Shown: one piece after another, positions 29,842-39,249 of the stretch
Layout: the number at the start of each line of letters is the position of its first letter
How positions within the stretch are numbered: the first letter of the stretch is position 1
NCBI GenBank assembly: GCA_046735395.1
Contig: JBJKQR010000018.1
Coordinates: forward strand, 64,001-128,000
Length of the DNA stretch: 64,000 nucleotides
Direction: 5' to 3'
Source of the DNA: Fidelibacterota bacterium
GTDB lineage: Bacteria; Fidelibacterota; Fidelibacteria; Fidelibacterales; DSDE01
Notes under the pieces: generated by a model
What the model was told of the DNA's origin: nothing
Seen by the model: the letters and a program-made list of their open reading frames with translations, nothing else
The model's database searches: none
Program-made: the position numbers and the translations under genes

Positions 29842-31070
29842 GCCAGATCAATATGCCGATGGAATCTTCCGGGCCGGATAAAAACAGCCGCTGGGAATTT
29901 TTTCTCAATGAACTGAAACCCAAGGGAAAGGTTCTGACTCCGTTTAACCTCATCACGGTGCCGATCATGATTCTGGGGTTTATCCTCATTGTTTACCGCT
30001 TCATGTACGGAATCGGAAGCATCACCAATCTGAACCAGGAATTTCCCTGGGGGCTGTGGATCGGTTTTGACGTGGTGACCGGCGTGGCCTTTGCCGGCGG
30101 CGCCTACGTGCTGGTCTTCATGGTTTACATCCTGAACATGAAGAAATATTACCCCATCGCGCGGGCTACGGTTCTAACGGGGTTTCTCGCCTATGTCTTC
30201 TATTCCGGCGCGCTGCTGCTGGATCTGGGGCGGCCCTGGCATGTGGTGAATCCGGTCATCGGGAATAATTTCGGCGTGTCCTCCGTGCTCTTCCTCGTCG
30301 CCTGGCATTTTCTCCTCTATATGCTGGCGCTGTTCATCGAATTTTCACCGGCCATCGCAGAATGGATGAATGCGCCAAGCCTGCGCCGGTTTCTGTCGCG
30401 CCTGACTCTGGGCGCCGTGATTTTCGGAATTACCCTGTCCAGTCTGCATCAGAGCGGCCTGGGTGCCCTATTCCTGATGGCAAGGGACAAAATTCATCCT
30501 CTCTGGTACAACAGCCTCATTCCGGTACTGTTTGTGGTGACCTCCGTCTTCGGCGGGCTTTCCATGGTGATCTTCGAAGGATCCATCAGCCACAAGGTTT
30601 TCTCGGACCAGCTTGAGGAAGGCAGTCATGAAAAGCATTATGCCATCCTGCACGGCCTGTCCAAGGTTTGTGCCGGGACCATGTTCGTCTATTTTTTCCT
30701 GCAGATCCTCATCCTCATTCACCAGCAGAATCAGGTGTATCTGATGACGCGGATGGGAGCCTGGTATCTGCTGGAAATGATCGGCCTGACTCTGCTGCCC
30801 ATGATTCTCTACTTCTACAGCTACCGGACACGCAAAATCACGCTGATCAAGACGGCGGCCATCCTCACCATTCTGGGTATCGCCCTCAACCGTCTGAATA
30901 TCAGCATTATCGGGTTTAAATGGGACGCCCCCTTTCACTATTATCCCTCCTGGCAGGAAATCGTTGTCACTCTGGCTGTGATTTCAGCCGAGATCTGGGT
31001 CTTCCGCTGGATCGTTCTCCGCATGCCCGTGCTCCGCAAGGCCCCGGACTGGGTGGAGGAACATCATTGA
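29838..31070 (+). CDS. NrfD/PsrC-family membrane anchor (HybB/HmcC-like)
   Basis: PWGLWIGFDV, DLGRPW, LHQSGLG, HPLW and YYPSW.E motifs; about 10 TM helices. Confidence 0.92.
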   Translation: MSQINMPMESSGPDKNSRWEFFLNELKPKGKVLTPFNLITVPIMILGFILIVYRFMYGIGSITNLNQEFPWGLWIGFDVVTGVAFAGGAYVLVFMVYILNMKKYYPIARATVLTGFLAYVFYSGALLLDLGRPWHVVNPVIGNNFGVSSVLFLVAWHFLLYMLALFIEFSPAIAEWMNAPSLRRFLSRLTLGAVIFGITLSSLHQSGLGALFLMARDKIHPLWYNSLIPVLFVVTSVFGGLSMVIFEGSISHKVFSDQLEEGSHEKHYAILHGLSKVCAGTMFVYFFLQILILIHQQNQVYLMTRMGAWYLLEMIGLTLLPMILYFYSYRTRKITLIKTAAILTILGIALNRLNISIIGFKWDAPFHYYPSWQEIVVTLAVISAEIWVFRWIVLRMPVLRKAPDWVEEHH

Positions 31071-31127
31071 TGATATGCTTGTCCGAATGGGACAGATCTG
31101 AAACAATAAAATTTGAAAGGAGATAAA

Positions 31128-31838
31128 ATGGATGGATTTTCTTACGTGAACATCTTTGCCACCAAGGGGATGGAATATGTGCTGACCATTGCTTTTTTCC
31201 TGGTTCTCATTCCCTTCTGGATCGTGCTGAACCGTCATGTGAAGGTGAGCTCCGGGATCGGCAGCCGGATCCGGGCCCTGACCCGGGCGGTTCTGAAAAT
31301 TCCCCGCGGCGTATTCGTGACGCGCCAGCATACCTGGGCCTTTCTTGGTTCGGACGGGGACGCCAAGGTCGGTGTGGATGATCTCATTCAGCATCTCACC
31401 GGTGATGTGGCGGTGACGCTGCTGAGAAAAAGCGGCGATGAGGTTCGCAAGGGTGATATTCTGGGTGAATTGAAAAAGGGCGATAAAGTTCTGAAAGTGC
31501 ACAGCCCGGTGAGCGGCCGGATCAGGGGCATCAATCCGCGGGTACTGGAGGATCCGGGCATTATCAATGTGGATCCCTATGCAAAGGGCTGGATGATAAA
31601 GATCATGCCCAATGACTGGATCGGTGATACCCGCGACTGTTTTCTGGCCGACGATGCGTCGCGCTATCTGAATGACGAACTGACGCGCTTCAAGGATTTT
31701 CTCGGTGAAAGCCTGGCCCGCCACAGTCCGGATACGCCTCTGGTCACACTCCAGGATGGTGGTGAAATTATGGATCATACCCTGTCTTCCCTGCCTTCGG
31801 AAGTCTGGACGGATTTTCAGAAGGCATTTCTCGACTGA
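31128..31838 (+). CDS. Second membrane-anchored GcvH-fold protein
   Basis: NIFATKGMEY plus TM helix; HTW...KVGVDD, SPVSG, DPYAKGW. Hairpin reads KKGDK. Start at MDGFS, after an AAGGAG RBS. Confidence 0.85.
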   Translation: MDGFSYVNIFATKGMEYVLTIAFFLVLIPFWIVLNRHVKVSSGIGSRIRALTRAVLKIPRGVFVTRQHTWAFLGSDGDAKVGVDDLIQHLTGDVAVTLLRKSGDEVRKGDILGELKKGDKVLKVHSPVSGRIRGINPRVLEDPGIINVDPYAKGWMIKIMPNDWIGDTRDCFLADDASRYLNDELTRFKDFLGESLARHSPDTPLVTLQDGGEIMDHTLSSLPSEVWTDFQKAFLD

Positions 31839-31850
31839 CTGGTTGAAGAG

Positions 31851-31885
31851 CGGGTGCGGACTTCCCTTTCTCTGCGCCCGTTTTT
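31851..31885 (+). terminator. Intrinsic terminator closing the four-gene operon
   Basis: CGGGTGCGGA...TCTGCGCCCG followed by TTTTT. Confidence 0.7.
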
Positions 31886-32020
31886 CTGTTTCCTTTCAAT
31901 TTATTTTAAATATTTATTACGCATTGAGCAGCCGCTCAAAATATCAGATGAAAATGTCAGGGATTCCCAGTATTTTAAAAACGGGAGTCAAATTGTAAAT
32001 ATTTTCAACAGGGAGATGTT

Positions 32021-33670
32021 GTGAGATCAAGAGTGTTGAAAAAATATATCAGCTGGCGCTCGTCCATTTACAGCCAGGTTGTTTATGTCATCATTGTTCT
32101 GTCACTGCTCCTCTACATCAGTTTTGCCCTTATCTTCCGCTCCACGAATGAGGAGCATCTCAAATCCGTTCTGGAACAGTGCGGAACCCGTATTGCCTAC
32201 GTGGTGGAGGGCAGTCTCTATTCCAGCATGCTGGAAAATAACAAGGATGAACTGAAGAAGACCATGCGGCTGATGAAGGAAATGCCGGGGATTGACGAGG
32301 TGAATCTGTATGACCAGAATGACAGTCTGGTCTACACGCTGGATGAGCATTGGCAGGAGCATATTGATGCCCAGCGCTGCAATCCCGACTGCCGTTCCTG
32401 TCATGTTCCTCAGGACGGGCTCTTTCTTCAGAGCGAAAAAAGCTATCATGTGATTTCACCGGAGATCATGGATCCGGACAGCGACTACACAACCATTCGC
32501 CGTCAGCTGCTCATCATTTCTCCCATTCTGAATAATCCGTCCTGCTGGCAGGCGGACTGTCATGTGCACGAGGAAACGGATGTCCGTCTCGGCGCCCTGG
32601 TTATCAAAATTCCTCTCGAATCTCTGGACAAGGCATTGAGTGAGACCACGGTGAATTATTTTGAGCTGGCTTCCCTGATGACGGTTCTGTTCATCGTGGG
32701 AATAATCCTGTTTACCCGGCGGAAAATCCGCATGCCGCTTCTGCAGATGATTGAAGCCAGTGAGGCGGTGGCGGCCGGGGAACTGTCGACCCGTCTGGAG
32801 GAGAGCGAGGACCAGCTCAGCGATATGAACAAGGTGTCCCGTGCCTTCAACAAGATGCTGGACCAGCTCGACAGGGCAAACAGCGAACTGCAGGTCTGGA
32901 GCCGTCAGCTGGAATACAAGGTTCAGAAGAAGACCGAAGAGCTGCGGGAAACGCAGAAGGAGCTCATTCACATCGAACGGATGGCATCGCTGGGTAAACT
33001 TTCCTCGTCGGTGGCGCATGAGATCAATAATCCTCTGGCAGGCGTCCTGACCTATACCAAACTGGTGAACAAGCAGATCAGCAAGCAGGATTTTCCGGAG
33101 GAAAAGAAGGAAACGATCCTCAGTCATCTGAACATGATTGAAAAGGAAACCAAGCGCTGCGGGGACATCGTGAAGGGCCTGCTGGATTTTTCACGCAAGG
33201 ACCAGAAACATTTTGAGAACATTCATCTGCAGCAGGTGCTCAGGGAAACCTATGATCTCATGGTTCATCCCATGAAAATGGCGGATATTTCCTTCAGTAC
33301 GCAGTTTTCGGCGGCCTATGACCTGGTTCACTGCTCCGCAAATCAGATAAAGCAGGCCTGCATTGCCCTGCTGGTGAATGCCTCCGAGGCCGTGGATCAT
33401 AATGGTGAAATTCTGTTTTCCTCGGAGAATGAGGAGGGCAGCGACTTTCTTCATATACAGATTGCGGACAATGGTGTGGGCATCTCCGAGGAGGATCTGC
33501 CGCATATCTTCGAACCCTTCTTTTCCCGCAAGCAGAAGGCAAGCGGTATCGGGCTGGGGCTGTCTGTCGTCCACGGAATCGTGGAAAGCCACAAGGGGCG
33601 GATCCGGGTGGAGTCCACCGTCGGAGTGGGAACAAAGGTGCATTTATATCTGCCGCTGGTGAATGAATAA
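32021..33670 (+). CDS. Sensor histidine kinase with HAMP domain and periplasmic heme-c-like motifs
   Basis: Two TM segments; CRSCH and CWQADCH between them; H-box AHEINNPL; G boxes DNGVG and GIGLGL. Confidence 0.92.
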   Translation: MRSRVLKKYISWRSSIYSQVVYVIIVLSLLLYISFALIFRSTNEEHLKSVLEQCGTRIAYVVEGSLYSSMLENNKDELKKTMRLMKEMPGIDEVNLYDQNDSLVYTLDEHWQEHIDAQRCNPDCRSCHVPQDGLFLQSEKSYHVISPEIMDPDSDYTTIRRQLLIISPILNNPSCWQADCHVHEETDVRLGALVIKIPLESLDKALSETTVNYFELASLMTVLFIVGIILFTRRKIRMPLLQMIEASEAVAAGELSTRLEESEDQLSDMNKVSRAFNKMLDQLDRANSELQVWSRQLEYKVQKKTEELRETQKELIHIERMASLGKLSSSVAHEINNPLAGVLTYTKLVNKQISKQDFPEEKKETILSHLNMIEKETKRCGDIVKGLLDFSRKDQKHFENIHLQQVLRETYDLMVHPMKMADISFSTQFSAAYDLVHCSANQIKQACIALLVNASEAVDHNGEILFSSENEEGSDFLHIQIADNGVGISEEDLPHIFEPFFSRKQKASGIGLGLSVVHGIVESHKGRIRVESTVGVGTKVHLYLPLVNE

Positions 33671-33695
33671 TTATGACAACATGAAGGAGAGGGAA

Positions 33696-35045
33696 ATGGC
33701 TCAGAGCAGAACCATACTCATTGTCGATGATGAATTGAGCGTTCGGGATTCCTTGTATAACTGGTTTGTGGAGGATGGCTACTCGGTGAAGACGGCTGAA
33801 AATGCCAAAAGCGCCCTGTCTCTGCTGGAGGATGAGCAGTTTGACATTATTCTGGCGGACATCAAGATGCCCGGAATGGACGGCCTGGAAATGCACCGGC
33901 GGATCCGGGCGCTGAACAAGGATGCGATCGTCATCATCATGACGGCCTTTGCTGCCGTGGATACGGCTGTGCAGGCCCTGAAGGACGGAGCCTACGATTA
34001 CGTGACCAAACCCTTCGATCCGGACGATCTGAGCCACCTCATCCGCAATGCCATGAAACAGGTGGCGCTCAGCAGTGAGAATGCGACCCTCAAGGAAAAG
34101 CTGGTGGATCTGGAAAATATTGATGACATCATCGGGAGCTCCGGCCCGATGACCCGGGTTCTGCAGGAGGTGCAGACCGTCGCGCAGAGCGATTCGACCG
34201 TCATCATCACCGGCGAAAGCGGTACGGGCAAGGAACTGATCGCCCGGGCCATTCACAGCAATTCGGGACGGAAATTCTTCCCGCTCATCTCGGTCCATTG
34301 CGGAGCGCTGTCCGAAAGCCTTCTCGAGTCCGAACTCTTCGGCCATGAAAAGGGCGCCTTCACCGGAGCCCAGTACCACCGGAAGGGAAAATTTGAAATG
34401 GCGGACGGCGGCACGCTGTTTCTGGACGAAATCGCCACCATCTCCACGAAAATGCAGATCGAGCTTCTGCGCGTGCTCGAAACCAAACAGTTCATGCGCG
34501 TCGGCGGCCAGAAGGACATCTCCTCGGATTTTCGAATCATTGCTGCGACGAACAAGGATCTGAAGTCGCTGGTGCAGGCGGGAACCTTTCGGGAAGATCT
34601 CTACTATCGTCTGAATGTGGTAAATATCGTGCTGCCGGCCCTGCGGGAACGGCCCGATGATATTGCTGCCCTCATCGATTATTTCATCGGGAAATACTGC
34701 CGGGCCATGAACCGTCCCAAGATGTCCATTGACAGCCTGGCTCTGCAGCGCCTGCAGGAATATGATTATCCGGGAAATGTGCGGGAACTGGAAAATATTA
34801 TCGAGCGCGCCATCGTCGTGGGAAACGGCAAGGAAATCCGTATCAAGGACCTGCCGCTGGCGGCTGATCAGGTTTATTCATCGGTGGAGAGCCTGGAGGA
34901 TCTGGAAAAACAGCATATTGCGAATATTCTGTCAAAATATTCCTGGAATGTATCACGGTCTGCGAAGGCTCTGAAGGTGGACCGGGTCACCCTTTACAAT
35001 AAAATCAAAAAGTACGGGCTGAGCCAGCCGGACAGCAAGGCATGA
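33696..35045 (+). CDS. sigma54-dependent (NtrC-family) response regulator
   Basis: Receiver domain (IVDD, DIKMP), GESGTGKE, GAFTGA, PGNVRELEN and Fis-type HTH. Confidence 0.96.
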   Translation: MAQSRTILIVDDELSVRDSLYNWFVEDGYSVKTAENAKSALSLLEDEQFDIILADIKMPGMDGLEMHRRIRALNKDAIVIIMTAFAAVDTAVQALKDGAYDYVTKPFDPDDLSHLIRNAMKQVALSSENATLKEKLVDLENIDDIIGSSGPMTRVLQEVQTVAQSDSTVIITGESGTGKELIARAIHSNSGRKFFPLISVHCGALSESLLESELFGHEKGAFTGAQYHRKGKFEMADGGTLFLDEIATISTKMQIELLRVLETKQFMRVGGQKDISSDFRIIAATNKDLKSLVQAGTFREDLYYRLNVVNIVLPALRERPDDIAALIDYFIGKYCRAMNRPKMSIDSLALQRLQEYDYPGNVRELENIIERAIVVGNGKEIRIKDLPLAADQVYSSVESLEDLEKQHIANILSKYSWNVSRSAKALKVDRVTLYNKIKKYGLSQPDSKA

Positions 35046-35064
35046 TGCATCGGATCGCGTCACA

Positions 35065-35613
35065 ATGAACGGGATCACCCTCATTCCGCTTACGCCCTAT
35101 GAGCCGGACCTGATCAATTTTCTCATTGAGGGGGTTGACAGGGAATTCGCCTGCGGGGTATTTGCCGGACAGCTGCGCATAGATCTGGCCGCCTGTTTTG
35201 ATCCCCAGCGGCGTCAGTATAACGGGGACGACCTTCTGAAAACCCTGCACGAGTCCCGGAACCAGTTCTTCGGAACCCGAATTCTGGGAATCCTCGACGC
35301 GGATCTGTTTATCCCCATTCTGACCTATATCTTCGGACAGGCCTATCTGGGAGGGGACGCGGGCATCGCATCGTCCTACCGCCTGAAAAATGAGCGCTAC
35401 GGAATGCCCCGGGATGAGGATTTGTTCCGCCGCCGTTTTCTCAAGGAAATTCTTCATGAGCTGGGCCATATGTTCGGCCTTCGCCACTGTCTCAATCCCA
35501 GCTGCGTCATGCGGAGTTCAACCTATGTGGAAGACATTGATCAGAAAGACGCGGTTTTCTGTCCTGCCTGCCGCCAGATTGTAGATAAGGCGGGCCTGTC
35601 TTCCGAAGGCTGA
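35065..35613 (+). CDS. Archaemetzincin (peptidase M54)
   Basis: HELGHMFGLRHC....CVM...FCPAC matches HEXXHXXGXXHCX4CXM...CXXC. Confidence 0.92.
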   Translation: MNGITLIPLTPYEPDLINFLIEGVDREFACGVFAGQLRIDLAACFDPQRRQYNGDDLLKTLHESRNQFFGTRILGILDADLFIPILTYIFGQAYLGGDAGIASSYRLKNERYGMPRDEDLFRRRFLKEILHELGHMFGLRHCLNPSCVMRSSTYVEDIDQKDAVFCPACRQIVDKAGLSSEG

Positions 35614-35648
35614 CGGATATCGTTTAAATCAGTCGATTATTTAGGATA

Positions 35649-36269
35649 TTAATGAAGGGAGTCGTCGGTGTCCGGGCTGACTTCAGAGCGGTTTTCGTCG
35701 GATTCTGAAGACATTTCGGCTGCCAATTGTGCTTTCCGTTCCTTTTCCTTCACATATTGAAGATAAAGAAAGAAGATGACCCCGAAAGTGATATACATGT
35801 CGGCAACATTCAGGATGCCGGTGCGGACAAAGCCCAGCGAAAAATGGAGAAAATCGGTCACCCAGCCGTGAAAGAGGATGCGGTCGACGATATTGCTGTA
35901 TCCCCCGGCCAGAATGACAGCCAGCGTGACCCGCTCCTTCGTGGCCAGATCCGTGTGAAAAACCATGTAAACGGTGAAATACAGCAGTACGGCCACGGGC
36001 AGAAGGGTGAGCAGCAGAAATTTCAGAGGTTCGGGCAGGGTGGAGCCCAGACTGAGAAAGGATCCGTCGTTTTCGGCATAATGGATCACGAAAAAATTGC
36101 CCACGACCTGAATGGTGCCCTGATCCTGAAAATGATCCCGGGCATAGATTTTTGTCGCCTGATCCACGCCGATGGCCAGGGCGATCAGCAGAAGGAGCCG
36201 GACCAGTACACAGGGGCCGGGACAGGCAAAACCCCGTCTGAACGTCTTTATATCCTGAATTTCAGTCAT
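35649..36269 (-). CDS. lspA: Lipoprotein signal peptidase II
   Basis: DQATK, N.GSFLS, G..SNIVDR, V.DF and NVAD motifs. Confidence 0.92.
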   Translation of the reverse strand: MTEIQDIKTFRRGFACPGPCVLVRLLLLIALAIGVDQATKIYARDHFQDQGTIQVVGNFFVIHYAENDGSFLSLGSTLPEPLKFLLLTLLPVAVLLYFTVYMVFHTDLATKERVTLAVILAGGYSNIVDRILFHGWVTDFLHFSLGFVRTGILNVADMYITFGVIFFLYLQYVKEKERKAQLAAEMSSESDENRSEVSPDTDDSLH

Positions 36270-36340
36270 ATTTTCCTACTTATCTGTATATAAATGTGAA
36301 AAAATTAATAAAAGAAAGCGGCCTGTCCCCCGCATCCGGA

Positions 36341-37069
36341 TCATTTCTTGGTTACGGAGGTGATCAGGTTGCCGTTCACTTCCTCGTCCGTCTCCCGCGG
36401 GGCCTTTTCCTTGAAGGAATTGATCAGCCGGACGGTGCCGTAGCCCCGGGATATGGCATTTCCCATGCCGATGAAATTCGGAAGTTTGATATTAACCTGA
36501 AAATCACCGGTGAACATGCCCGCATTCAGGCTTTCATCAATCATGGGCTTCAATCCGTTCATCCGGATTTTATTGATGACCTTGTATTCCGGAAGCTTCT
36601 GAAATTCCTTGATGATAAAGATGATATTCTTGTTCAGGATCTTATTCAGATAACCCACCCGCTCCGAGCCGTAGAAGTACTTGTAGCGGCCCAGATGCTG
36701 GTCACTGAGGGCAACCCAGGGATTCAGGAATTCGTAATTATAGATATGATCCAAATCGTCAAAATTTGCTTTGCTGTAACTTTCTTCAACCTCTTCCACA
36801 ACCCAGTTGATGAAGGAAACTGAAATCATCTCGATATTCTTCAGGACATCGGCGACGATCTTTATTCCTTCATTGATGCCCACAAGGATGGGCTGCTGTT
36901 TGACAACCGTGAACTGAATGCGCGGATAATTGAAACGATTCCGCATGTTCCCGGTAACCATATCAGCCAGTTTTCCCTTCGGGTCGATTTCGATGAAGAA
37001 ATTCCGCAGGGTCATGGCATTGGCGGTAAAAGGTCGTTCGGTATGCAGGATGTAGGCCATCGATTCCAA
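36341..37069 (-). CDS. Stand-alone Cas6b-like RAMP protein
   Basis: LRNFF, YPRIQF...P.LVGINEG, Y.FLNPWVAL, F.VNI.LPN.IG and C-terminal GMGNAISRGYG (GhGxxxxxGhG). Confidence 0.8.
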   Translation of the reverse strand: MESMAYILHTERPFTANAMTLRNFFIEIDPKGKLADMVTGNMRNRFNYPRIQFTVVKQQPILVGINEGIKIVADVLKNIEMISVSFINWVVEEVEESYSKANFDDLDHIYNYEFLNPWVALSDQHLGRYKYFYGSERVGYLNKILNKNIIFIIKEFQKLPEYKVINKIRMNGLKPMIDESLNAGMFTGDFQVNIKLPNFIGMGNAISRGYGTVRLINSFKEKAPRETDEEVNGNLITSVTKK

Positions 37070-37085
37070 AACCGCAACTCCCCGT

Positions 37086-38375
37086 TTATGAATTCATTGT
37101 TCGTAGAAATTCTTTATTATTCTTGGACTGTCCCATTTTTTCAAGCAGGAATTCCATGGCTTCCACCGGCGACATCTCGTTCAGGAGTTTGCGCAGGATC
37201 CATACCCGGGCCAGTTCGCCGCGGGACATGAGCAGTTCTTCCTTACGCGTTCCGGAGCGGTTGATGTCAATGGCCGGGAAGATTCTGCGGTCGCTCAGGC
37301 GGCGATCCAGAACCAGTTCCATATTACCGGTTCCCTTGAATTCTTCAAAGATGACATCATCCATGCGTGAGCCGGTTTCAGTCAGTGCAGTGGCCAGGAT
37401 GGTGAGGCTTCCGCCGCCTTCGATATTCCGTGCGGAACCGAAGAAGCGTTTGGGACGGTGGAGGGCATTGCTGTCAATACCACCGGACAGGATCTTTCCG
37501 GAATGGGGCACCACCGAGTTGTGGGCACGGGCGAGGCGGGTGATGGAGTCCAGCAGGATGACCACATCCGAACCGAATTCCACGATACGCTTGGCCTTTT
37601 CCAGAACCATGTCCGCAACCTGCACATGGCGTTCCGGCGGTTCGTCGAAGGTGGAAGAGACCACTTCCGCGTCCACATTCCGCTGCATGTCGGTCACTTC
37701 CTCCGGCCGCTCGTCGATGAGAAGGACGATCACGGTGACTTCCGGATGATTGGCGATGATGCTGTTGGCCATTTTCTGCAGAAGAACAGTCTTTCCGGTC
37801 TTGGGCTGGGCCACGATGAGCCCTCTCTGTCCCTTGCCGATAGGCGTGAGCAGGTCCATGATGCGCATGCTGTAATCCTTGGGATTGTTTTCCAGCGACA
37901 GGCGCTGTTCAGGATTCAGCGGCGTGAGGGTGTCGAAAGGCATGGGAATCTTGGCCACTTCCGGGCTCTGGTCATTGACGCTCTCGATGCTGATCAGCGA
38001 GAAAAACCGTTCATTATTCTTCGGCGGACGAACCGATCCGGCAATGATATGGCCGGTTTTCAGGCCGAGGCGCTTGATCTGTGCCGGAGAAACATATAAA
38101 TCAGTGCTGTTATTTATGTAATTATTGGACTGGCTTCTCAGAAATCCGTAGCCGTCGGGCATAATTTCCAGTACACCCATCTCAAAGAGGTTTCCCTTGA
38201 ATTCGGCCTGGGCCTGCAGTATGCTGAAAATGATATCCTGCTTCTTCTGTGTGAGAATGCCTGGGATTTCATATTCATTGGCAAGCTTCTGCAACTCCTT
38301 GATTTTTAAAGCCTGCAGGGTCCCTATCGTGAAATCCGCATCTGTTGTAATAACCGTTGATTCCTTCTTGCTCAC
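37086..38375 (-). CDS. rho: Transcription termination factor Rho
   Basis: [30 protein letters not shown] and [10 protein letters not shown] motifs. Confidence 0.98.
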   Translation of the reverse strand: MSKKESTVITTDADFTIGTLQALKIKELQKLANEYEIPGILTQKKQDIIFSILQAQAEFKGNLFEMGVLEIMPDGYGFLRSQSNNYINNSTDLYVSPAQIKRLGLKTGHIIAGSVRPPKNNERFFSLISIESVNDQSPEVAKIPMPFDTLTPLNPEQRLSLENNPKDYSMRIMDLLTPIGKGQRGLIVAQPKTGKTVLLQKMANSIIANHPEVTVIVLLIDERPEEVTDMQRNVDAEVVSSTFDEPPERHVQVADMVLEKAKRIVEFGSDVVILLDSITRLARAHNSVVPHSGKILSGGIDSNALHRPKRFFGSARNIEGGGSLTILATALTETGSRMDDVIFEEFKGTGNMELVLDRRLSDRRIFPAIDINRSGTRKEELLMSRGELARVWILRKLLNEMSPVEAMEFLLEKMGQSKNNKEFLRTMNS

Positions 38376-38476
38376 GAGTGTTTTTGCCTTTATGTTTTGT
38401 CTTTGTGAATATGGGGAAAGTCAATCTTAATTTCTAATACATCATCAGCCTATGTACAGAAAACCCCGGATGCCGG

Positions 38477-38505
38477 ATTTTACTGATTTGTCAAATTTTT
38501 GTCAA
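38477..38505 (-). promoter_or_regulatory. sigma70 promoter of rho (and probably the cas6-like gene)
   Basis: Minus strand TTGACA-N17-TAAAAT. Confidence 0.75.
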
Positions 38506-38685
38506 GTCTTAATTTGGAGATGAATTATCAGGCTGACGCATCGCGTTATTGTCGTGGAAATTCGGGCTGCCGGAAAAGATTTTCACTAAAATATTCCTTG
38601 ATTCCCGGGGCCCGATCAAATTAGATTCGGGAAAATTTTAAGCAATTAAGTTTGATTTTTTGAAAAATCATAAGGAGAACGATAG

Positions 38686-39249
38686 ATGTATTGCAGAAAT
38701 TGCGGGAATGAAGTCAGTGAAAACGCGGAGATCTGTCTGTCCTGCGGTGTGAGGCCGCTGCTGGAGAAAAATTTCTGTCAGAATTGCGGAAAGGAGACAC
38801 AGTCAAATCAGGAACTCTGTGTCAAATGCGGGGTCCTGCTGAAATCCCAGGCGACGGACGGTTTCATTCCGGGGTCGGGGAAAAAAGCACGCATGAATCC
38901 CTGGGAAGGATTTGTGGCCGCATTCAGCAAATACGCAACCTTTCGGGGCCGCGCCCGGAGAATGGAGTATTGGGGATTCGGACTCTTTGAGCTTGTTTTT
39001 GCCGTGGCGGCTTTGATTCTGGATGGAGCGGGCGGAAGCGGTGGAGCCTTGTATGCCCTGACAACGCTGGTGTTTCTCATTCCCGGTATCAGTGTCACGG
39101 TCCGGCGTCTTCATGACGTGGGTAAAAGCGCCTGGTTCGGACTTATCCTGATTATTCCGATTGTCGGCTGGATCTGGTATCTGGTTGTGGTGCTGCAGGA
39201 CGGTGATTTTCAGGTGAATAAATATGGCCCCAGCCCCAAGTATTCCTGA
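38686..39249 (+). CDS. Double zinc-ribbon plus DUF805 membrane protein
   Basis: Four CxxCG motifs; YATFRGRARRMEYW, VRRLHDVGKS and NKYGPSP. Confidence 0.88.
   Translation: MYCRNCGNEVSENAEICLSCGVRPLLEKNFCQNCGKETQSNQELCVKCGVLLKSQATDGFIPGSGKKARMNPWEGFVAAFSKYATFRGRARRMEYWGFGLFELVFAVAALILDGAGGSGGALYALTTLVFLIPGISVTVRRLHDVGKSAWFGLILIIPIVGWIWYLVVVLQDGDFQVNKYGPSPKYS

Noticed and set aside
28232..31838. Glycine cleavage system or hydrogenase-2 operon
   Set aside because: No gcvT, gcvP or lpd and no hydrogenase large or small subunit in the window. The H-like proteins are membrane-anchored and lack the canonical Lys.
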